NCBI GenBank assembly: GCA_036867785.1
Contig: CP145417.1
Location: 1,302,001-1,366,000 of the forward strand
Direction: 5' to 3'
From: Plasmodiophora brassicae
Taxonomy: Eukaryota
Length of the DNA stretch: 64,000 nt
Shown: positions 49,980 through 64,000 of the stretch, one piece after another
How positions within the stretch are numbered: the stretch's first letter is position 1
Layout: every line of letters starts with the position of its first letter
Made by a program: the position numbers and the translations under genes
Notes under the pieces: generated by a model
Seen by the model: the letters and a program-made list of their open reading frames with translations, nothing else
What the model was told of the DNA's origin: nothing
Database searches by the model: none

Positions 49980-51693
49980 ATGCCGGACGATGACGCGATC
50001 CGCTCCAGGATCCAGTCGCACCTGGACGAGGCTGACTCGCATCGCGCCAAGGTATCGTGATCGCCAGGCGTTGTCGGGGTCGCGCGACTCACCCCGGTCG
50101 TGAGCAGGGACGAAGCGGGAAGGAGGTCGCCTGCCTGGAAGCGGCGCTGACCTTGCAGCGCGAAGCGTTCGGCCCGGATGACCCGGAGACGGTTCGCGCG
50201 TCGCACACGCTCGCCGGGCGGTACAACGCGTTCGGCCTGCGCCTGATCATGAAGGGGCCCGAGTACCAGGGCATCGCCGAGAACATCTTCCGCAAGGCCC
50301 TGGCCCTGACCCGCCTCGCCAGAGACGGCCCCGTCGACACGAAACGCGCGGCACTTCGGGCGACCACGTTCAGCAACCTCAGCTGTCTATACCGGCGGTC
50401 CGTCCTGCGTCGTCGTCATCGTCGTCCTCGTCTGGCGCGCTGACGGCGCACGTAGGTCTGGGGACCAGCGCCTGGCCCTACGAGCCATCTCGTCGGCGCT
50501 GAAGATTGAGAAGCGGGCGGCGGCCGGCGGCGGGCGCTTGTCGCCCGTGCCGGGCACGCTGCTGAACATGAGCGCGGTCCTGTCCGAGATGGGCCGGCAC
50601 CGATCGGCGATCCACTACGCGCAGCTGGCGCTGGACCGCCTGACGGATCAGCTGGCGAGGCTGCCGCCCCACCTGGACCCGATGCCCGCCTACGTCCTCA
50701 CGGCCATCGCCTACCACAACGTCGCCGTCGAGCAGGAGCACCTGCAGCGCCCCGACATTGCCCACACGTCGTACGCGCGCGCCCACGAGTTCGCCTCGCT
50801 GTACCTGGCCCCGGGCCACGAGATCACGAACGCGATCGCGTTGAAGTTCGACGCGCTCGGCTCCGACCTGAAGCTCAGGGAGCCGCCGCGCGCGATCTCG
50901 CTCGACGCCATGGCCAGCATGGCCAGCGAGAACCGCCAGGTCCTGTTCAACATGACCGTCACGACCGACCTCCCACACAGTACGTCGTCGTCGTCGTTGT
51001 TGCCGGGTCGGTCCGGGCGCTGACTGGCGCCTGACGTGTATGCAGAGAGGATACGGCCGCCGACGTCCACGTCGAAACGGAGAGGGCCACCATCGGCGCC
51101 GGTCAGGAAACATCCCGTGGCGAAGGCGAAACCGTCGATGCTGCCGCGGGTGCCGGCGCGCGCGTCCGCCGCACCGGTACCGTTGTTGGCCTGGACAACG
51201 TTCGCGCGGGCGTCAACCGCTGACCGGAGGGCGCGTGTTGCACAGACGACGTCGGCGATGGTGTCGCACAGCCACCGGTTGGCGACGCGCACGTCGATGG
51301 ACGTGATCCGGTCCCTGTTCGCGGCCCCTGAAGAGGCGCCGTCGACGGCGCGCCCGTACAAGGTGCCCGGGCAGGCCGGCAGGGCCCTGCGCCGGTACGC
51401 AGCGCCACCGACGCCGTCGTCGCTGTCGCCTAACGTCGTCGTTCTGCAGGGTGCTGGTCGACGTGGCCCTCGAGGAGGACAACGGGTACTGGAGCGACGG
51501 GCCGACGATATCGCAGCACGGGTCGGCGACGCCCCGGTTCCAGATGCGGGCGCTGCCCTGGACGCCGCAACCGCACGTCCGCGGCCTGAAAGCGGTCGCC
51601 ATGGCGCCCGGGTCGCCGCCGGCGCCCCGCTACACTGCGACCGGCCGCCGACCCGCCACCACCACCACCAGGGCCAGCCGCGCCACTCATTAG
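49980..51693 (+). CDS. Tetratricopeptide-repeat protein, multi-exon
   Basis: TPR-like helices ATTFSNLSCLYRR..ALRAISSALKIE, TLLNMSAVLSEMGRHRSAIHYAQLAL, AIAYHNVAVEQEHL. Confidence 0.8.
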
Positions 51694-52195
51694 CACACTC
51701 TAATGCCTAACACGAACGTGCGTATGTAAGTTGTCTTGGAGACAGATAGGGCCCGGCAACGTCGTTCCTATTTCGGGAAGCGCGGGGGGAGGCCGCGCGC
51801 GATCGGACTGCGGTGGCGTCGCGTTTTGCGGACGCGCGATATTGTTGCTGTTTTGTTGGTGCGGAGGGCCGAGAGCGACGTTTTTGGGGCACCGGACGGA
51901 TTTAGGATTGGTTCGGGTTCCGGGGGTCGTCGCTGCTGGAATTAGGTGGTCGTCCCGCCATGCATCGGATTTAGATTGCGAGAGGTCGACGCGTCGCTCG
52001 CACACGAGGTCGTCGTCGTCGGCGTTCCGCACAGCGGTGATCGGCGGCCGACCGGGGCGCGAGGCAGATATGCAGGATCCGAGGGGCGCGCGCCCCATCG
52101 CGCTATCGTTGCACGGTACGCGGCAGGCGTTCGCCCGCGTCCCTCCGCCCTGTCGACGCGCGCACCCGGCCGAACGACGGCAGCCCGGCGGTGGC

Positions 52196-54954
<2,759 letters not shown>

Positions 54955-54991
54955 GTAAACACGCCCTGTGTGTATGTATACATGTAAACCG

Positions 54992-55212
54992 GCGGACGGC
55001 GCCGTCCCCGACGCCGCACGAGGCGGCGACATTGTCCCGGCCCGTCACGGACAATCGCGGGTGCAGTCCCGCAGTCGGACGGCGCGGTCCCGCCACGGGC
55101 AATCCCGGGTGCAGTTCCCGCAGTCGGACGGCGCGGTTCCCGACGCCAGACGAGGCGGCGACATTGTTCTGACCCGTCACGGACAATCCCGGGTGCAGTC
55201 CCGCAGTCGGCC
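54992..55212. repeat. Local tandem duplication containing GGTGCAGT(T)CCCGCAGTCGG x3
   Basis: cgaggcggcgacattgt...cccgtcacggacaatc.cgggtgcagtcccgcagtcgg occurs twice, with a partial copy between. Confidence 0.8.
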
Positions 55213-55294
55213 GGCACTGACGCAGCCACGGAGCGCTGTGTCCCAGGGGTCGTCGCCTGGATCGCGCAGGCGTACCCCGTCCGTGCCGGTCGTC

Positions 55295-57176
55295 ATGGCG
55301 TCCGACCTGGCCGAGGTCGTGCTCGAGGCGCAACGACGCTGGTTGCCGCAGGACGACGTCGTCCAGGTGCGCCCCAGGTGGAACACCTGGGTCCAGAAGC
55401 CATCCGGCGGCGGCGGCCGGGCGCTGCGCCCCGATCGCCTGCTCGTGCGCCGGGCGAGCCTCGTCGTCGACGTCGACACCGATGACGACGATGACGACGA
55501 CGACGACGACGGCGACCTGGTGAACGGTGGCCCACCGGGTGCGACGTCGGAGGCGGCGCCCTCCATCGACTTGCTGGACGACGACAGGTCCGTTTTCGTT
55601 CGATCCACAGCGTCGCGCCGACCAGGTGACCGGGACGTCCCGTCAGGTCGGCGTCGGCGGCGCTGTGGAGCGTGTTCACGCGCGCCCATCACGACAAGAC
55701 GACGATCGACCTGGTGGAGTGGTCCCGGTTCCACGTCCGCCTGCTCAAGGTGATGACGCCCGACTTTGACGTCGACGACGCCAGGCAGGACATGCCCAGC
55801 GAGGACGCACGCGTGAGTCTAACGCGAACTCGTCGACGGGTGCAACGTGTGAACCGGGTTCCGCTAGGCGCTGGAGACGGTGATCGACCGGGATCGGTTC
55901 CACTGGCTGCTGATGCGCCTCGTGGGCGTCTGCCTCGGGGCGACGTCGCCGGCGCCCGCGCAGCACCACGCGTTCCTCGAGGCGCTGCTCGGGCTGATCA
56001 CGACGCTGTCGCCGTCGGGGTTCGATTCGTCGCAGGCCACGCGACGCTGGTGCCCGTTGCACCAGATCCGGGCCGGCGCCCTACACGTTCGCCTGGACCA
56101 GATCCGATGCACAGCAGCGACGATGGCGGATGTACCCGCCCACCCGCCCCATGTCGCGTCGCCGTTAATTGCCATCAAGGTCGGCCTGTTTCCCCATTGG
56201 GTAACGACCACCCGTTAATCAGAGACGCGCTGCTTCGTAGCCGAAACGGTTGCCGGATGACGGAGCGTCGTCGCGTGCGACCGCATGGGACCCGCTCACG
56301 ACGTCGTGCCCTGACGCGCAGGAAGGGTACCGCATGACGTCGGCGTCGTCGTCGTCGTCGCGGGCGTTCTCGAACCAGCTGGACCGGCTGCTGCGGAAGA
56401 AACAGGAGCAGACGTCGTCGCCGTCGGCGGCCCAGGCTGATCGTAAACCTGCACGACAAGTGGTCGTTATTCCCGGGCTCGGCGGGGGCGACGACGTCGT
56501 CGCCGGCGCCCCGGCTCAGGACCGACCACCAGCTTGCGACAGCGCCCGTACACCAGAAGCAGCACCCGAGGAACCAGCGGCGCCAGCGGGTACACCCGCG
56601 ATGATCAGGCGAGCCCCGCCCGCGACGACGACGATCCCACCGGGTCGGCCACGTCGGACGCCGGCACGGTCGTCGACCGGAGCGGGCGATGACGCCAACC
56701 CGCTGCGCGTGATCTGTTCGAGGCCGTTCCTGCCGATGGAGGCCCCGGTGGTGGTGCCGTCGTCCCCGGTACCGACTGTTGTTCGTGCACAGCACCCAGT
56801 CGTCATCTCCAGGAAGGCCCCCTTCGACGACGACGCCGCGTCCGGTTCCAGGGGTCGACTGCCGCGATTCTCGTCGGGGACCACCGGTCGCGTCACGCGA
56901 CGTGGATCGGTGAAGGCGGCCGCCGACGCCCCGGAATGGGTCCGACGCATCAAGGTCGCAGGGCAGCCGGCCGGGTCCTGCCCGTCATGGCAGGCGACCG
57001 TTGGCATTGCCAGGGCGCGAGCCGGACGGCTAGCCAGCGAGCGCGCGCTGAGGATCATGGAACACGTCGCGGCAAAGCCCGACCCGTCGACGACGACGAC
57101 GACGAGGCCGGCTCCGTTGCACGCCCTGCTCAGCGAGTTGCCGTTCCAGGCCCGATCGGCGGCCCTGGCCGAATAG
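55295..57176 (+). CDS. Hypothetical protein (poly-Asp tract, helical middle, Pro/Ala-rich C-terminus)
   Basis: ATG at 55295, GT-AG introns, coding-like codon bias to TAG at 57176; no domain recognised. Confidence 0.6.
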
Positions 57177-57258
57177 TTCCGAATACAAACAAGGCGTGAC
57201 GTCACGCGTGCGATCTTGCTTCCGGGTGCGCCGCCGATCTTGCCGGGGCAGACCCCAC

Positions 57259-57573
57259 ATGAACTGGGAGGACGACATCAACGGATCGCGGCTGCCGTCG
57301 CTCGTGGAAGCGGCCGCGCTCTTGGCGGACGGCACGAGAGGGCGGGGGAGGAGCGCGCCCGAGGGGAAGCGCTTCCAGTGCGAGTTCTGCCAGCAGGCGT
57401 TCACGCGCCGCTCGAACCTGGACCGGCACCAGCTGGTGCACACGAAGGAGAAGAACTTTGCGTGCCCGGCCTGCGGCACGCTCTTCAGCCTGGCCGCCAA
57501 CGTCAAGCGCCACATGAAACTGAAGCACGGCGTCGACGTCGACCATCGCGATATTGTCGACGACGTCCTGTAA
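57259..57573 (+). CDS. Small two-finger C2H2 zinc-finger protein
   Basis: FQCEFCQQAFTRRSNLDRHQLVH-TKEKN-FACPACGTLFSLAANVKRHMKLKH. Confidence 0.9.
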   Translation: MNWEDDINGSRLPSLVEAAALLADGTRGRGRSAPEGKRFQCEFCQQAFTRRSNLDRHQLVHTKEKNFACPACGTLFSLAANVKRHMKLKHGVDVDHRDIVDDVL

Positions 57574-57722
57574 ACAATTACCACAGCGGACAGAGCCCGC
57601 AGACTGCCTACCGGAGACGTTCGACGGAGCCATATCGCTGGTCAGTCCGTCTAGACTCGGAAACGGACCGTATCGTGTTTAAGAATGTGGGCGAGGTCGG
57701 GTAGATGCAGGAAGCACTGTGC

Positions 57723-58387
57723 TCATAGTCGTAGCATATCGTCGGGCAGTACGGGGCCGTCGTGATAGGCTCGGGAGGCGGCCAGGCCGTCCTCGAGGTA
57801 GTCGGCCATGGATTCCGCGCCGTTCCGGAACGGTGCGAACGGGACGGTCCCGGCCGCACCGAAGAAGAAGGGCGCGGGCTGTGGCACAGCGGCGTGCGGC
57901 TCGAAGAAGTTCATCAGGACAGGGACCTCGACGACGTCGTCCCTCGGGGGACCTGCACATCGTGATGATGGTTCCGATGTGGAAGGCGGTTGAGGTTTCA
58001 CATCGGCGGTCAGTGGTGCAGCCTGCTGTTGTTGCTGCTGCTTCTGTCCCTGCTGCTGATGTTGCAGATTCGCTGCAGGGATGGGAGACATGGCGCCCGG
58101 GAGGAGCACCTCGATGTTCTTGTCCCGCAGCGACTCCAGCAGGTCGTCCACGTCGTCGCTGGTGTACTTGCAGATGCCCTCGGCGTCGGACGCGATCACA
58201 ACGCCGACCCGGCATCCGCACAGGACCGCCAGTTCCTCGGCCTTCTTCACCAGGCCCATGCGGCGCTTCCGGAACGTGTTCCTCCTGCGTTTCGGATCCT
58301 CGATCTGCTCGATGAGGATCTTTCGCCGCCTGCGACAGTGTTAGATCGACGGTATGCGGACACGCGAACGCCGACGACGAACCCCAT
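57723..58387 (-). CDS. MADS-box transcription factor 1
   Basis: 5-nt first coding exon ATGGG, then RRKILIEQIEDPKRRRNTFRKRRMGLVKKAEELAVLCGCRVGVVI; Gln-rich C-terminus. Confidence 0.9.
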
Positions 58388-59493
58388 CGGTGCAGGTCGA
58401 CGCCCGGATGAACGTCGATGTCGCGCCGGCGATCCAGGTTGGCAACTGATCGGAGATGGGATGAACAGACTCCTGGCCGATCTCCGTCGAAACCGCGGGC
58501 CAGGTGTATTTTTAGAACCGCGCCCCGCGCGCGCACAGTGGAACCGGCGTTGTGCTCGGAGGCAGCCCCTATTCCCGGAATAGAACCGCGAGCCGCGGGC
58601 ATCATGCGGCCCATGGGCCCAGGGCGGAATAACGATGGCTGCCTGCGCTCCAGCGTCCGGGTTCCTGGGACGCACGAGGCGACGCTCGAAATGTTGGGCG
58701 TATACACGGCGTCACAGCACGTTGCGCATTGTTGCCATGCTGCGTGAACCTGCCGGCCGGCCGGGCATCACAGCAACCATCGCAGGAGAGGCCCACACCC
58801 GGAACTGGCCAAGGGGGTGTACGTGGGATGTCAAGACGTCCTGTTCTGGGCGGTGCTTGATCGATTGAGGGCACGCCCATCGATCGAGTCGTGACGCGTC
58901 CCCCGAATCCAGTGTTGATGGTAGAATCTGATGCTTTCGTTCAGTGTGGGGAGGTGGCGCAAACACCCGTTAAACCCGCTCGCATGGCACTAGGCAAATT
59001 CGGTCGTTAAATTTGGGTACGTCTGTCAGTGGATGTCGATTTCAGTCGCCTGATCGAGACAGCTTGCACTCTGCACAGCACCCGGCCACAGAAGCCACAG
59101 CGTCGGCTTCTTCTTTCGGTAGTGGGTTTGCGTCCGCTGGCGCCTGTCGGCCACGGTTGAAATTTAAGGATCGACCTGACATTCACTGGCACATCTTCCG
59201 CGGGGTCCTTCGGGATATACTGGCCCCCCGTTAACGATGTCCTGGTGGACGTATTGCGTGGAGCGATGGATCGCGCTTATGAAGGAGCAGTTGACAGTCG
59301 CGGTACCGGAACAAGAATATCGACAGGCAGCTTGGCGCTGATCTGGTGACCCCGAGATGGACGGCCGAGTCGTGTCGGTGCGTCGCGTCTGGGTCAGGTG
59401 GAACGCCCACGTTTTGCTGCCGCACGCGCAGTGGCGCGCGCGCGAGCAGCCCCGGACTTGCGTCGAGCGTCGATCGGCGCGCACAGGTCGGGC

Positions 59494-61534
59494 ATGACCG
59501 ACGATGGCGACCGCACCACCGACAGCGAATACCTGCCCAGCGCTGAGCGCAGGCGCCGCCGTCGGCGATCCGCGCTGCCACAGCCGGGACCGGGGGCCTG
59601 CGCCGACGACCCCATGATCATCGACGACGACGACGACGGCGTCGTCGTTGTCGCCGACGCCCCGCCCAACGACCGTGCGTGCCGTTTGCAGCCGCCCAGG
59701 CGTCTACCCCCGATCTGATTTGCGTCCGCTGAGCTTAGGGCAGCCGGACCTGGACCTGAGCGACCCGACCCGCGTCCGCTGGACGGTGCGCCGGGCCATC
59801 TTCGGCAAGCGGCTCCTGCTGGACGACAAGGCCGAGATCGTCGACCTGACGTTCACGAAGGACGCCATCCGGATCGGGACGCCCGGCAAGTCGCCCGCCG
59901 AACGCCGCATCGAGCTGTCGAGCCGGCCGCGACCCCTGGCCGACTTTGCCGTCAACACGTGCCACTCGCCCTTCTTCATCGGTACGCGGCTGTCTCTCTC
60001 TCTCGTCCCTCCTCCATCGCTGACCCGCGTTGACGCGCAGCGATCCGCCCGCGGCAGATCGTCGAGGGGCTCAGCACGGCGGAGCGCATCCCCGAGGAGC
60101 GCTACATCATCCTGTTCTTCGACGCACGCGACGAGGCCCGCGCCGACGACCTCGTCGCCCGCCTGCTCGACCTCTGCCCGACGATCGCCCCGGCCCTGAC
60201 CCGCCTCGCCGTCGTCGACCTGCTCCGGTACGACGGGGTGGTGGCCACTCGACCCGTCGTGCGTCGCTGAGCGCGCGTGTGCCCCCGCTCCCGCAGGTTC
60301 GACGCGATCCATCCGAGGCCGGCCCCGGTGCGGAAGCGCACGAGAAGCGCGGCGCGGGCGGCGGAACGGCCACCGGCGACGAAGACGCGACGGCCGGCGT
60401 TCCTCGAGTACCCGTTGCGCGCCCGGCAGCGCATGGCGCTGCACGAGGACGACCTGGGCGCGCTGGACCCCGGCGCGTACATCAACGACTCGATCGTCGA
60501 CTTCTACCTGGCGTACCTGGGCGAGACGCGCCCCGACCCGCGCGTCCACTTCTTCAGCTCGTTCTTCTACCGGCGGTACGTGTCGGCGGCGACGGCCGGC
60601 GGCCGGGGCGTCGACCACGCCGCCGCCTACCAGGCCGTGCGCAAGTGGTCCCGCCACGTCGACCTGTTCGACAAGGACTACCTGGTGATGCCCGTCTGCG
60701 AGAACGTGCACTGGACCTGCGTCATCGCCTGTCACCCGGGCCGGGCGGGCGACGACGTCGACGACGACCCGGCGGCGGCGACGACGACCCAGCGCCGCCT
60801 GCCCTGCCTGCTCCTGTTCGACTCGCTCGGGTCGCACCATGGCCCGAAGCTGTTCCGCATGCTCAGGAACTTCCTGGCGGCCGCCTGGAAGGACGCGCAG
60901 GCGTCGCAGGTAACCATCACGTCCGTCGCCGGCTCGCCTCTGGACTGACGCGTGCGCCGCACAGGACGTGGCCGAGGTGCGGTCGTTCACGACGACGACC
61001 ATGCCGGGCGTCGTCGTGCAGGTGCCGCAGCAGGCGAACGGTAGGCAAAGAAGGGCGGCGAACAGCGTTTGCGCTTGCGCTGACCGTGCGGGTTCAGACT
61101 GCGACTGCGGCCTGTTCCTGCTGGAGTACGTCGAGAGGTTCCTGGAGCGCCCGTTCGAGGACCTGTCGCGGCCGGCGGTCGCCAACCATCGCGACTGGTT
61201 CGACGCCGCCGCCGTCGGTGACAACAAGCGCGACGAGCTTCGCGCCCTGCTGCTGTCGCTGTCCGAGCAGTGGCTGGCCGTGAAGGCGGAATCGCAGGCG
61301 GCGCAGGACGACGACGACGACGCCGGCGACGTGGGACGCGAGAGCGACGCGGCGAACGGGCACGTCGACCCCGTCAAGCAGGCGGCGTTGCTGGACCTGC
61401 AGAGGAGGTACCCTGTGGACGACGACGACGACGACGACGGCAACGGCAACGCTGGCGCTGCTGTCGGCGTGGCAGACGACGACGACGATGTCGTCCTGGC
61501 ACCGCCGCCGTGTACATCAATAATATTACAGTGA
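59494..61534 (+). CDS. SUMO protease, peptidase C48 (Ulp2/SENP6-7 type), multi-exon
   Basis: YINDSIVDFY, HFFSSFFY, VRKWSRHVDLFDKDY, catalytic HW, FDSL, VPQQAN|DCDCGLFLLEYVERF. Confidence 0.92.
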
Positions 61535-61643
61535 ATGTACGCTGCGCGCCGTCTGACGTGCGCCTAGGGTTGATCTGTTGTTCGTGTATAACGACAACCC
61601 GCTCGCTACTTGTTCTTGTCGGACTCGGCACCTGGGGCAACCG

Positions 61644-61934
61644 TCAGCACACCACATATGCATCCGCCAACGATTCGATTTTACGCAACTCGTCTTCTCC
61701 TCCTCTTCCCGGGCGCGCTTGGCCGCCTTCTTCCCTGTCGCGAGGGCAAACGAGCGTGTTAGCAAACGGCACCCGGGAACGCGTACGGCGCGGATCGGTA
61801 CGTTTCTCGTAGGTCTCGAAGACGAGGGCGACCAGCGCCAGGACGACGTACAGGAAGACGACGAACACGAGCGACACGACGGTTGGATGGTCCTCCATGA
61901 ACGCGTAGACGGCCTGCGTTACCCGGTCGCGCAT
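61644..61934 (-). CDS. Small single-pass membrane protein (3' end and splicing uncertain)
   Basis: MRDRVTQAVYAFMEDHPT-VVSLVFVVFLYVVLALVALVF-ETYEK; likely intron with CTAAC branch site. Confidence 0.5.
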   Translation of the reverse strand: MRDRVTQAVYAFMEDHPTVVSLVFVVFLYVVLALVALVFETYEKRTDPRRTRSRVPFANTLVCPRDREEGGQARPGRGGEDELRKIESLADAYVVC

Positions 61935-62334
61935 CGTCGCTCGCCCACTCGTCGAGGCTCTGCGTCCGTGTGGGTCCGCGACTGCTGCGGCGCGCAGTCG
62001 CGGACCTTGTCTACCGGTGTAGTTTACCCTGTCGGGCGCCCAACTGCAGCGTGGCAGACGAACTGCAGCGGATGACGGTGCAGTTCGTCCAAGTGCGTGC
62101 GGCGTGCGCCGGTCGGCACGCCCCCGCCGGGCACGTTTATCAGTCGTGTGCTCATGTCCGGACAGGGGGCATGGCCCTCTGCGCGGAATGTGGGCGGAAC
62201 GTTCCGGCGGGTCAGCGTGGCGCAGTTTTCGTCACTGCCCAACCCGAGTGCCTGCACCGTCGCTTGTGAATATTGGCGAGGGCGAACGCTTCGGGCGACC
62301 TAACCGTAACCGGCTGCTGCATACGCCGTCGTCC

Positions 62335-62856
62335 ATGGGGTAGCCAATATTATCGTCCCGCGAACAGCGCGCCGTGGTCGCTGACCGCTGTGGTGTGCGC
62401 AGGCGCCGGAAGATTGCGATCGAGAAGATCGAGGAGGCGAAACGACGGCGCAGCACGTTCAAGAAGCGTCGCGTCGGCCTGCTGAAGAAGGCGGAAGAGC
62501 TGGCCGTCCTGTGCGGGTGCAAGGTCGCCATCACGATTGAGTCCGACGATGGCGTCAGCCAGTACTGCAGTGACGACGTTAGCGCGATCATGCGCGCGTA
62601 CTACCACGACCTCGGCAGCGTCGGGAACGCGCCCGGCCTCCACGCCATCGTCCTGTCGAACGACGACACCCCTTCATCGTCCATGGGGGGTTCGCACACG
62701 GACACCACCCCTGAGGACGCGTGCCGGGCACCCAGTGCGGTCGGGCACCACCCGGACGTCGGTGTCGTTAACGACAGCTCGTACGATCTCCTGCAGCAGA
62801 CGCAGGTCATGCTGCCGTCCGGGTTCGCCGACACGTCACAGCTCTATCCCGGGTAG
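62335..62856 (+). CDS. MADS-box transcription factor 2
   Basis: Exon ATGGG 62335-62339, intron 62340-62402, RRKIAIEKIEEAKRRRSTFKKRRVGLLKKAEELAVLCGCKVAI. Confidence 0.9.
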
Positions 62857-62926
62857 GGCGCGACGTTAACAATAAAATATCGGGCGTTCGTCTATTTACA
62901 CAGAAGGCAGGGGGCGGGAGGCGGAG

Positions 62927-63553
62927 TCACAGCAGTGCTTCAGCGGCATCGTAGTCGAGCCCGGCGAAGAAGTCGAGCGACGGCCGCGTGCACGCGGGGG
63001 GCAGGTCGAAGGCGGTGGACGTCAGGTAGTGCGCGTCGAGGTCGGTCAGGCTCATCATGCCGGACGCGAACGGCGACGGGTCGTCGGGGCTGGCGGGCGC
63101 GCTCGACAGGACCGGCGACAGGGACCAGTCGAGCAGCGCGCCGTGCTTGAACGCATGGTCGGCAAAGTCTTCCGGCCTGACGAGCGCAGGCAGCGTGCCG
63201 AGGTTGACCAGGTCGGCGGCACTGAAGCTGGCCGCCGTGCTGACCGGGGACCCGTTCTCGACGACCCCGCTGCCGCTGCTATCGTTAACCTTCGACGTCG
63301 CCGTCGCCGTCGTCGTCGTCCTTGCCACCCCGGACGTGATCTGGCGGTACTTGCGAAAGATCGAGTTGATGTCGTCGCTGGCGAACCGCTCGCAGGGCTT
63401 GACGCGGTCGTTGATGACGACGACGACCTGGCTGCCGGACAGGCGCGCCAGCTCGGCCGCCTTCTTCACCAGCCCGACACTGCGCTTCCGCAGCGTCGAC
63501 ATGCGCCGCTTGCTGTCCTCGATACGCTCGATCGGGATCGACCGCCTGCCCAT
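62927..63553 (-). CDS. MADS-box transcription factor 3 (divergent, intronless)
   Basis: MGRRSIPIERIEDSKRRMSTLRKRSVGLVKKAAELARLSGSQVVVVI...FASDDINSIFRKY. Confidence 0.85.
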   Translation of the reverse strand: MGRRSIPIERIEDSKRRMSTLRKRSVGLVKKAAELARLSGSQVVVVINDRVKPCERFASDDINSIFRKYRQITSGVARTTTTATATSKVNDSSGSGVVENGSPVSTAASFSAADLVNLGTLPALVRPEDFADHAFKHGALLDWSLSPVLSSAPASPDDPSPFASGMMSLTDLDAHYLTSTAFDLPPACTRPSLDFFAGLDYDAAEALL

Positions 63554-64000
63554 GGTCGACGACGATGATGGCCACGATGATGCCGTGGAACGGAATGCGC
63601 TCTGAGGCTGCACCGTCGGGTCGAGCGACGGCCGAGTGCGACGACGACGCCGGAATTACTCCACCACGGGGGGCCTGACCCGAAATAGCACCGCGCGCGC
63701 GGGCCACGGTTTACGTTACGGAACGTGCGCGATCCGAGCCACGCTTTTAGGCACGTCCCGCGACGAATTTAGAACGCGCCCGGCGAGGGCATCCCGCCGT
63801 CCTTGCGAGGCGCGCCCAAGAGCGTGGGCCGCCGGCAACCCTGAGAGCCGCGGCCGATCCCGCTGACCAGCGCGCCAGCACGTACCGTCGGCCGACCATA
63901 TACAAGCTGGTGGTCACATAATAAGGCCCTCGTTTTTACTGACCGTCGTTTTCATTTGGGTCATGATCGGCGCAACAAGGCAAACAGGAGCCTGCAGAAG

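Overview
Eukaryotic, GC-rich, gene-dense DNA with many ~60-nt GT-AG introns (CTGAC/CTAAC branch points). The style suggests a phytomyxid protist such as Plasmodiophora brassicae (inference only). Recognisable genes: NUDT14-like Nudix hydrolase, Fused/STK36 kinase, a small mitochondrial-type protein, a TPR protein, a PH-PH-PTEN fusion, a 2-finger C2H2 protein, a Ulp2/SENP6-7-type SUMO protease and three MADS-box genes. The main feature is an array of 12 minus-strand paralogues (8.1-48.3 kb) of a secreted/membrane protein family I cannot assign. Their shared layout is signal peptide, C-x6-C helical domain, variable linker, coiled coil, two Gly/Ala-rich hydrophobic segments, a TM helix and a basic tail often ending CxxC(H). 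They share intron positions and an upstream motif. The five youngest copies form a ~3.76-kb tandem amplification (31.1-49.1 kb) with mosaic haplotypes and a swapped hypervariable exon. The left 20 kb looks like an older segmental duplication with reciprocal gene loss and contains an RPT3 pseudogene fragment and three long fold-back hairpins; a fourth hairpin lies at 26.9 kb. Exon boundaries were read by eye and no database searches were run.
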